Shown piece after piece: positions 58,252 to 64,000 of a stretch of DNA of 64,000 nucleotides. The DNA lies in the NCBI GenBank assembly GCA_046351325.1, contig JAXLYR010000002.1:880334-944333 (forward strand), given 5' to 3'. Made by a program: the position numbers and the translations under genes. Numbering within the stretch: the stretch's first letter is position 1; each line of letters opens with the position of its first letter. A model generated the notes under the pieces. The model did no database searches. It was not told the DNA's origin and saw only the letters and a list, made by a program, of their open reading frames with translations. Source of the stretch: Polyangiaceae bacterium (GTDB lineage Bacteria; Myxococcota_A; Polyangia; Polyangiales; Polyangiaceae).

Positions 58252-58449
58252 AGGGTGTGGCTGTCGAAGCTTCGACACCCCGGCCTTAAGCGAAGGGTGG
58301 GCCAGCACCAAGAAAAAAGCGGTTCCCCGCGGACTTGCGTGAAGTTAGGTGGGTCTCGCCTCCACGTTACGCAGCGCGCCGCGTCCAAGATTCGTCAGTC
58401 GCATCAGCCGTGCGTAGCGTCGTACGCACTCCGGACGTTCACCCCAGGG

Positions 58450-59016
58450 TTACCCCGAGGCGCTCGATTCCAGGAGGCTCACGCAGTGAACGCGGAGCTT
58501 CTCCACGAGGCTCAGCGCAGCGTCGCTCGCGTCGCCGCGGACGTGCAGCTCGACCCCGGGGAAAAGAACGACCCGATCCCAGCGCTCGGCGCCGATGGGT
58601 GGGCGCGCGACCGCAGGTGCAGGTGGTGCCGCGGCTTGAGTCCGCACGCCGATCGCCGCCGCGAGCGTCGGCTTGTGCGCGACCGCCTCCAACGCGACAG
58701 CCTCGAGCTCGGCTGCGCTCATCGCGCCCATGCGGAGTTTGATGGCGCTGAGCCCGAGGCGCTCTCGCTCTCGAAACGCGCGCGCGACGATCAGCTCGAC
58801 GAGCTGCGCGCGCTCGTAACGCGTGCCGCGCGCGGCGAACTTCGGCGCTTTGACGAGCCCCTCTCGGATGTAGAGGCCTACGAGGCGATGGCTCACGCCC
58901 GCGAGCGACGCGAACTCCGACAGCGTCCAACCCTCACGCGGCTTCGCGCGGCTTGGCCGCCGATAGCTCCGCGAACGCACCAGCTTCCCACCGCGCCTCC
59001 ACCGCCTTTGCGCCAC
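58450..59016 (-). CDS. MerR-family HTH transcriptional regulator
   Basis: WTLSEFASLAGVSHRLVGLYIREGLV helix-turn-helix with a downstream coiled-coil-like region. The Arg-rich N-terminal 25 aa may not be translated, so the start is uncertain. Confidence 0.6.
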   Translation of the reverse strand: MAQRRWRRGGKLVRSRSYRRPSRAKPREGWTLSEFASLAGVSHRLVGLYIREGLVKAPKFAARGTRYERAQLVELIVARAFRERERLGLSAIKLRMGAMSAAELEAVALEAVAHKPTLAAAIGVRTQAAAPPAPAVARPPIGAERWDRVVLFPGVELHVRGDASDAALSLVEKLRVHCVSLLESSASG

Positions 59017-59046
59017 GCGCTCAGCGTAACGCGCGTCGCGTGCTCC

Positions 59047-59202
59047 GCTGACGAGAAAGAGGCTCTCAGAGCCCCAATCAACCGGGTGGATGACCTAATC
59101 GAGGCTCTCAGAGCCCTGAATACACCGGTAGACCACGTAATTGAGGTCGCCAGAGCCCCAATTAACCGGTCTGCCCACCTATTCGAGGTAGCCAGAGCGA
59201 TG
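59047..59202. repeat. Imperfect 42-bp direct tandem repeat (about 3.4 units) in the AT-richer intergenic region upstream of the MerR gene
   Basis: Units at 59059-59100, 59101-59142, 59143-59184 and partial 59185-59202. Each begins GAGG(c/t)(t/c)(c/g)(t/c)CAGAGCCC and contains aAccgg. No interspersed unique spacers. Confidence 0.7.
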
Positions 59203-59401
59203 TTTGTGGTCCTCGATCACGCAATCACCGCTGTGCATGTCGTATTTGCGCGCTCGATGCGTAGATGAATCGCTATCAGTGCGATGATTGCGTGCCGCGT
59301 CCACGTGATAGAGGCAGTAAACGCTGAGATTACGCGCCCTACAGGTGTAATCAGGGTCGGCGATGCCCCAAATGCGTTCGCCGAGCGAGCGCTCGTTGCT
59401 T

Positions 59402-59908
59402 TTACGGCGGATAGGAAGCGCCCGCGCTCACGGGAGTGGTTCCGAGGGCGCGCTGGAGCCGCCCGAGGTCCAGCACGAGCTGCGCTTGCGGTGGTGTCTC
59501 GGGCCCCGCGGCCTCGGCGACGCGGGAGAGGCCCTCCGCTACGGTCGAGGTGACGAAGTGATCGCGCGTGCGCCCGTGCAGGATCGCGAGGCCTCGCATC
59601 ACCGTCCGAACCAGCATGACGCGCAGGTCGTCGCCCACTGGGGTCGTGACGAGGCGACGAAGCTTGTCTCCGATCTTCCGCATGCGCACCGAGTTCTCCT
59701 CGCGCGTCGGAGCGTCGGGCGGGTCGGCCGTGGGGAGGATGAGCATGAAGCCCATCGCGGGCGCGCTGCGACTTGCGAGGAATTCGTCGATGCGGTCGAA
59801 GAGCCAGCGGGTGCGGTGGAGCTTGGCGGGGCTCTTGTAAACGATGAGCAGCACGTCTCCGCGCGTGGTCATTGCGACGCCGTCGAACTGAAGAACCTCT
59901 TCCCCCAT
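59402..59908 (-). CDS. Hypothetical protein
   Basis: 168 aa ORF with balanced composition (MGEEVLQFDGVAMTTRGDVLLIVYKSPAKL...). Not Arg-rich, unlike the spurious frames. No motif recognised. Confidence 0.4.
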   Translation of the reverse strand: MGEEVLQFDGVAMTTRGDVLLIVYKSPAKLHRTRWLFDRIDEFLASRSAPAMGFMLILPTADPPDAPTREENSVRMRKIGDKLRRLVTTPVGDDLRVMLVRTVMRGLAILHGRTRDHFVTSTVAEGLSRVAEAAGPETPPQAQLVLDLGRLQRALGTTPVSAGASYPP

Positions 59909-59955
59909 GATTGAATTATCTCCGTGGAGCGTGCGGATCGAAATCGTCGTCTTTT

Positions 59956-60546
59956 CTAGCGGCCCGAGAGATACCCGCTGAGGAGCCTCGTGAGCTCGGC
60001 CACGAGGAGCGGGTGGTCGAGGAGGTCCGGCCGGTGCGTGGCCGCGTCGTGGATGACTGCGTGCGCGGCCGTGCGTGCGATGAACGTCGCGAGCTCGACG
60101 TCAGGCACGCGGAGCAGGGGCATAACACGCTCGGCCCAGCGCAGTTCGCCCGCGCTCGGCGCGCGACGCACGCGCGTCGAGCGAGGAAGCTCCTCGGCGA
60201 ACACGCGGTGCAGCATGGGGTTCACCCGGTGCTCGCTCACGACGGCGTCGAGCAGAACGTGAAGGTAGTCGGAGAGCGTGAGCTTCGCCGGAGGGTCGGG
60301 CCACCGCTCCTCCATCGAGGCGATGTGCCGCCGCTGGAGCTCCGCGACGATGGCCTCTTTGTTGGGGAAGTACTGGTAGAGCGACGCGATGTTGACGCCG
60401 GCCTTCTTCGCGACCTCGTTCGTCGTGAAGCCCGCCCACCCGCGCCGCTGCAAAATGTAAGTCGCAGCTTGCAAGATGGCCTCGACGGTCGCCTGTGAGC
60501 GCTCTTGGAGCGGCTTCTTTCGTGCGGAGAGCGACCTCTTCGGCAT
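59956..60546 (-). CDS. TetR/AcrR-family transcriptional regulator
   Basis: N-terminal HTH QATVEAILQAATYILQRRGWAGFTTNEVAKKAGVNIASLYQYFPNKEAIV. 196 aa. Divergent from the oxidoreductase gene. Confidence 0.9.
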   Translation of the reverse strand: MPKRSLSARKKPLQERSQATVEAILQAATYILQRRGWAGFTTNEVAKKAGVNIASLYQYFPNKEAIVAELQRRHIASMEERWPDPPAKLTLSDYLHVLLDAVVSEHRVNPMLHRVFAEELPRSTRVRRAPSAGELRWAERVMPLLRVPDVELATFIARTAAHAVIHDAATHRPDLLDHPLLVAELTRLLSGYLSGR

Positions 60547-60608
60547 GGGTGAGGCTCCGGGCAGAACGCAAGTTTCTAAGATGCAAGTCGAAGCTTACAT
60601 TCGTGGGG

Positions 60609-61205
60609 ATGAACGTCGCCATCGTCTTCAACCACCCCTACGAGGGCAGCTACTGCAGCGCGATGCTGGGCGCGGTCACGCGCGGGCTCGGTCGCGCCGG
60701 CCACTCGGTGGACCTCTTGCACCTCGACCGCGACGGCTTCGACCCCGTGATGAAGGCCGCGGACCTCGCGGCCTTCCGCGCCAAAGCTGCGATCGACCCG
60801 CAGGTGCTCGCTTACCAAGAGCGCATCGCGCGCGCGGACCACTTGGTCTTCATCTTCCCGATCTGGTGGGAGCTCATGCCGGCGCTGACCAAGGGCTTCA
60901 TCGACAAGGTGATCTTCCCCGGCGTCGCGTACGACTACACGAACGACAAGAATTCGCTCATGCGCCCGCTGTGGACGAACCTCGGCGGCGTGACGATCCT
61001 CACCACGATGAACACGCCGGGCTGGCTCTACGCGCTCGTGTTCGGCAACGCGATCAAGAAGGCCCTGGTCTGGGGGACCTTCCGAAAGATGGGTTACCGC
61101 AATGTAAGTTGGCTTGGCTTCGACCGCGTGAAGGAGGTCCCGAAGACCAAGCGAGAGCGCTGGCTCCAAGAGGTCGAAGCGCGCTTCGCGAAGCTCGGGG
61201 CGTAG
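60609..61205 (+). CDS. NAD(P)H-dependent FMN/quinone oxidoreductase (flavodoxin-like fold)
   Basis: MNVAIVFNHPYEGSYCSAM...ADHLVFIFPIWWELMPALTKGFIDKV fits the NQO/MdaB/ACP-phosphodiesterase-like family. 198 aa. Confidence 0.8.
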   Translation: MNVAIVFNHPYEGSYCSAMLGAVTRGLGRAGHSVDLLHLDRDGFDPVMKAADLAAFRAKAAIDPQVLAYQERIARADHLVFIFPIWWELMPALTKGFIDKVIFPGVAYDYTNDKNSLMRPLWTNLGGVTILTTMNTPGWLYALVFGNAIKKALVWGTFRKMGYRNVSWLGFDRVKEVPKTKRERWLQEVEARFAKLGA

Positions 61206-61215
61206 CGGTCGAGGG

Positions 61216-63081
61216 CTACTGCTTGTCGAAGCTCGACCCGCCCCACTTGTACTTGAGCGACTTCTGCGAACCCCAAGGCAGGAGGAGTGGCTCGACGCCG
61301 CCGACTGCGCTCGTGTCCTCGGCGAAGGGGTAGCTCTCCTTCGTGAAGCCGGAGGCTTTGCCTGGGGTGAGGGTGATGTTGCCCTTGCCGTCGTAGCTGA
61401 CGTTGCCCGTGACTTTGTTCGAGCCGATCGCGCGCGAGAGCTCGGCGGCGAAGACGCGGCGCACGCCGTCCTTCGTCACGCGGTAGACGAGCTCGACCGT
61501 GCGCTCGACGTCCTCTTTGTTCGGGCCCTTGGCCTTGAGGATGCCGCGGACGAGGATGTCCTGTTTGCCGTCGCCGCTGACGTCTTTGGTGGTGACCGTC
61601 TTCACGTCGCCGGCTGATGCGAATGGCAGCGAGACGTAGCTGTAGCTCGTGCCGCCCTTGTAACCGGTGCCGAGGACTGCGAGCTCGGTGCCGTGGACGA
61701 CGACGCGCTCGGAGGTCCCGTCCTCGGCGACGTCAGCGTTGACGTCGAATGCAGGGCTTCCCTTGATGCTGCGGTCCTTCTTGTAGGCCTCGTAGAGCTT
61801 GCCCGCGTCGACCTTGGGCGCGGTCGTCGTGTTGTTCGTCGTCGCCGTGGTCTTGGGCTCGGGCTTGGTCTCGACCGCGGCCTGCGGCTTCGTCTTCTCC
61901 GACTTGTCGAACGTGCTGCCCTTCAGCTTGTAGGTCTGGCTCTCGACATTGCCCCACGGCAGCACGATGGAGTCGAACGCAGCCTCGGTCGGCTCGGCAT
62001 AGCTCTTGGCGTCGAGCCCTTTGGCGGAGCCGGGCTTCACCGTGATGGTGGGCTTGCCGCCGTCGGAGCCGAAGGTGATCTCGTTCGTGACGGTGCCTTT
62101 CTCGGTCTCGACCGAGGTCTCGTGGATGAAGAGCGTCGTCGGGACCTCGGACGTGCCGAACGACAAGATGTGCATGACCTCGCGCGTGGTCTTCGACTTC
62201 GTGAAGCGCTTCGTGAAGACGAGGTCGTCGCGGCCGTCACCGTCGACGTCGCGCAGGGTCAGGCTCTTCACCGAGAGGGTGAAGCCCGCGGTCGCCATGT
62301 CGTTCCAGTAGTACTCCTTGCCGCTGCGGAAGTTGGGGCCGAGCACGACGAGGAACTTGTCGTTCACGAGGACCCGCTCCTTCATCGAGTCGCCGAAGAC
62401 GTTCGCGAGGAGGTCGGAGCTGGGCGTGCCGAGCTTCTTCTCTTTGATGAGGCCGGCCTCGAGCGATTGCTCGGCGAGCGAGCGGAGCGGCGCGAGTTTG
62501 TCGGTGCTGGAGACCGTGCCGACGACGCCCTCGACCGAGCCATCCCCGTCGACGTCGAAGACGAAGATGCCTGCCTTCATCCCGACGCGCGTGGTGCTCG
62601 CGCCGTCGAGCGCGGACCAGGGAAAGCTCGCTTCGAGCGACCAGCCAGTCTTGTCCGGAGCCTCGACGACCTTCGCGCCGGAGATGGCCTTGCCCCCGAG
62701 GGTTGCTTTGCCGGCGCTCTTGCCGGGGAGGCCTGGGACGAGCGTGACGGTCTGCGCGCTGCCGCCGAGCGACAGGACGACGTCGACGCGATCGCCGCCC
62801 TCACCACCCTTGAAGACGTCGTCTTTGACCTCGACGGCGACGTAGAGGTTCTTGTCGTCGAACGCGACCATCGTCGTCGCGGCGAGGTCGGCGCCGCCTG
62901 TCTTGCCCTTCACCGAGCTCGAGAGCGACACCGACGAGCCCGGCCACTCGCCGGGGATGCCGTCCATGTTCGGCGCCTTCTCCATGCGAGCGAGGTCGAG
63001 CCCCGCAGCGCTCGCTTGAGCGGCAAACAACGAGACGAGGGCGCACGAAGAGACTGCGAGGAAGGTTCGCGACACCGTCAT
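61216..63081 (-). CDS. Secreted FG-GAP/VCBS-like repeat protein with an internal duplication
   Basis: Signal peptide MTVSRTFLAVSSCALVSLFAAQASA. FG-GAP-like Ca-binding motifs (DVDGDGRDDLVF; DVSGDGKQDILV). Two homologous halves, each ending in a ...LPWG...KLKGSTFDK / ...LPWGSQKSLKYKWGGSSFDKQ module. Confidence 0.7.
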   Translation of the reverse strand: MTVSRTFLAVSSCALVSLFAAQASAAGLDLARMEKAPNMDGIPGEWPGSSVSLSSSVKGKTGGADLAATTMVAFDDKNLYVAVEVKDDVFKGGEGGDRVDVVLSLGGSAQTVTLVPGLPGKSAGKATLGGKAISGAKVVEAPDKTGWSLEASFPWSALDGASTTRVGMKAGIFVFDVDGDGSVEGVVGTVSSTDKLAPLRSLAEQSLEAGLIKEKKLGTPSSDLLANVFGDSMKERVLVNDKFLVVLGPNFRSGKEYYWNDMATAGFTLSVKSLTLRDVDGDGRDDLVFTKRFTKSKTTREVMHILSFGTSEVPTTLFIHETSVETEKGTVTNEITFGSDGGKPTITVKPGSAKGLDAKSYAEPTEAAFDSIVLPWGNVESQTYKLKGSTFDKSEKTKPQAAVETKPEPKTTATTNNTTTAPKVDAGKLYEAYKKDRSIKGSPAFDVNADVAEDGTSERVVVHGTELAVLGTGYKGGTSYSYVSLPFASAGDVKTVTTKDVSGDGKQDILVRGILKAKGPNKEDVERTVELVYRVTKDGVRRVFAAELSRAIGSNKVTGNVSYDGKGNITLTPGKASGFTKESYPFAEDTSAVGGVEPLLLPWGSQKSLKYKWGGSSFDKQ

Positions 63082-63329
63082 GGCTGGCGTTGGACGATGC
63101 TGCGCGAGAATTGTTCCACGCCGCAAGCGAGGAGAGCAGGCGCTGAGGCGGTCAGCGCGCGATCGAGCGCCGACGGGTGCACCTCGCATTTCTTTCACGG
63201 GCCAACCTTTTCGCCCTTGGCGAAAAGACATGGCCCGGCGATGGGGCCCCTCCCCATCCAGAGCGAACGGGGCCCCAACCCCGTCGCCCCTGACTTTGGC
63301 CGCCTCGCTGCTGGACTTTGCTGACAGAC

Positions 63330-64000
63330 TTATCGCTTCAGGCGGGCCTGCTCGCGCTGCTCTTCGGCCTCGAGCTCGGCGAGGGCCGCTGCGAGCTCGT
63401 CCTGCTCGGCCTTGGACATGGCCTCGGGGGCGGGGGCGGCGACGGGCGCGGCCTGCGCTTCTTTGTCGACGCGCACCTGCGGGGGCGGGGCCTTCGGCGG
63501 CTCGGGGGGTGCGACGCCCATCTTGCGCTTGAGCGCCATGAGGTCGTCGTCAGCGCCGGCCGTCATCTCGAGGTTCTGGAACTTCTGCGTGAGCGTGTCG
63601 CCGCTGTATTGCTCGTGGAGCTCGGCGGCGGCCTCGGTCTGGGCCTCCTGCTCCTCGATGCGCTTCTCCATTCGGGCGAAGGTGTCGAACGCGCTCGCGT
63701 TGTTGAGGCTGCTCATCGTGTTGGTGATGGCCTCCTGAGCCTTGGCTCGGGCGGCGCGTGCGATGAGCACGTTCTTCTTGCGCTTGGCTTCCTCGATCTT
63801 GTTGTTGAGGACGCGGAGCGCGTTCTTGATCTGATCGACGGCGGCCTTCTGCTTTTGCCACTGCTCTTTGTAGGTGGCCGCGAGGTTCTCGTGCTCCTTC
63901 TTGCGCTGGAGCGCTTCCTTCGCGAGGTTGTCGTCGCCGGCCTTGACCGCGAGCATCGCGCGACGCTCCCACTCGTTTGCGTTGCCCATCTCTTGCTCGG
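63330..64000 (-). CDS. PspA/IM30 (phage-shock protein A / Vipp1) family protein. The 5' end lies beyond the window.
   Basis: Coiled-coil sequence ...RRAMLAVKAGDDNLAKEALQRKKEHENLAATYKEQWQKQKAAVDQIKNALRVL...EKRIEEQEAQ with an Ala/Pro-rich acidic tail. The reading frame is open to the window edge. Confidence 0.75.
   Translation of the reverse strand, partial: EQEMGNANEWERRAMLAVKAGDDNLAKEALQRKKEHENLAATYKEQWQKQKAAVDQIKNALRVLNNKIEEAKRKKNVLIARAARAKAQEAITNTMSSLNNASAFDTFARMEKRIEEQEAQTEAAAELHEQYSGDTLTQKFQNLEMTAGADDDLMALKRKMGVAPPEPPKAPPPQVRVDKEAQAAPVAAPAPEAMSKAEQDELAAALAELEAEEQREQARLKR

Noticed and set aside
59047-59202. Possible CRISPR array
   Set aside because: Units are contiguous, with no unique spacers between repeats, and only about 80% identical. 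No cas genes are nearby. I classified it as a tandem direct repeat.
56683-59268. 861-aa plus-strand ORF spanning the FAAL and MerR genes and the tandem repeats
   Set aside because: Antisense to the strongly supported FAAL gene. Composition is Arg/Asp/Glu-dominated. It crosses an obviously non-coding repeat region.
1-64000. Mobile elements, prophage, tRNA/rRNA genes
   Set aside because: No transposase, integrase or phage structural motifs in any frame. No tRNA-like cloverleaf segments or rRNA-like low-GC structured stretches were noticed.

Overview
This 64 kb window is ~70% GC with strongly G/C-biased third codon positions. By inference it is chromosomal DNA from a Myxococcota-like deltaproteobacterium. 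I called about 60 protein genes and found no rRNA, tRNA, CRISPR array, transposase or integrase.

The recognisable content, in order along the window:
- A degraded c-type cytochrome / beta-propeller gene at the 5' end (91-2095).
- A MATE efflux pump.
- An envelope-stress module: a Spy/CpxP-like LTXXQ lipoprotein, an ECF sigma factor, an anti-sigma factor and a second LTXXQ protein.
- A GNAT acetyltransferase.
- A bacterial collagen-like (Gly-X-Y) secreted protein.
- A DUF1592/DUF1588 protein (CxxCH haem motif) paired with a Tat-signal DUF1552 protein.
- An enoyl-CoA hydratase next to a compact acyl-carrier-protein locus (16459-21623): one ACP, two unusual didomain ketosynthases (an active KS fused to a truncated, Cys-less KS-like/CLF-like domain) and an intervening lipoprotein.
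- A sigma-54 activator with an N-terminal FHA domain, transcribed divergently from a Ser/Thr kinase.
- A transporter-like membrane domain fused to HEAT repeats and two cNMP-binding domains.
- An Oar-like TonB-dependent receptor carrying an N-terminal TonB-C-like domain.
- A tight minus-strand array of phospho-threonine signalling genes (33595-42153): a triple-FHA ABCG transporter, a membrane-anchored PP2C phosphatase, a secreted-vWA/TM/cytoplasmic-FHA protein and a zinc-ribbon/Pro-Gly-repeat/FHA protein.
- The conserved rpmH-rnpA-yidD-yidC-jag cluster plus a solo rplS.
- A thrombospondin-type-3 OmpA protein, a glyoxalase, and a TIGR02996 repeat-companion/LRR-like protein.
- A second lipid-tailoring operon (53123-58251): FAAL, a CMAS-type SAM methyltransferase, ACP, a ferritin-like di-iron (acyl-ACP-desaturase-like) protein and a KAS. 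It sits downstream of a MerR regulator whose promoter region holds 42-bp tandem repeats.
- A TetR regulator paired with an NAD(P)H quinone oxidoreductase, an FG-GAP secreted protein, and a PspA/IM30 gene truncated at the window end.

Several genes show apparent frameshifts, often at G/C homopolymers, which suggests sequencing errors or pseudogenisation.

The best candidates for undescribed systems are the FHA/PP2C/vWA/ABC signalling cassette and the two ACP-centred lipid biosynthesis and tailoring loci.
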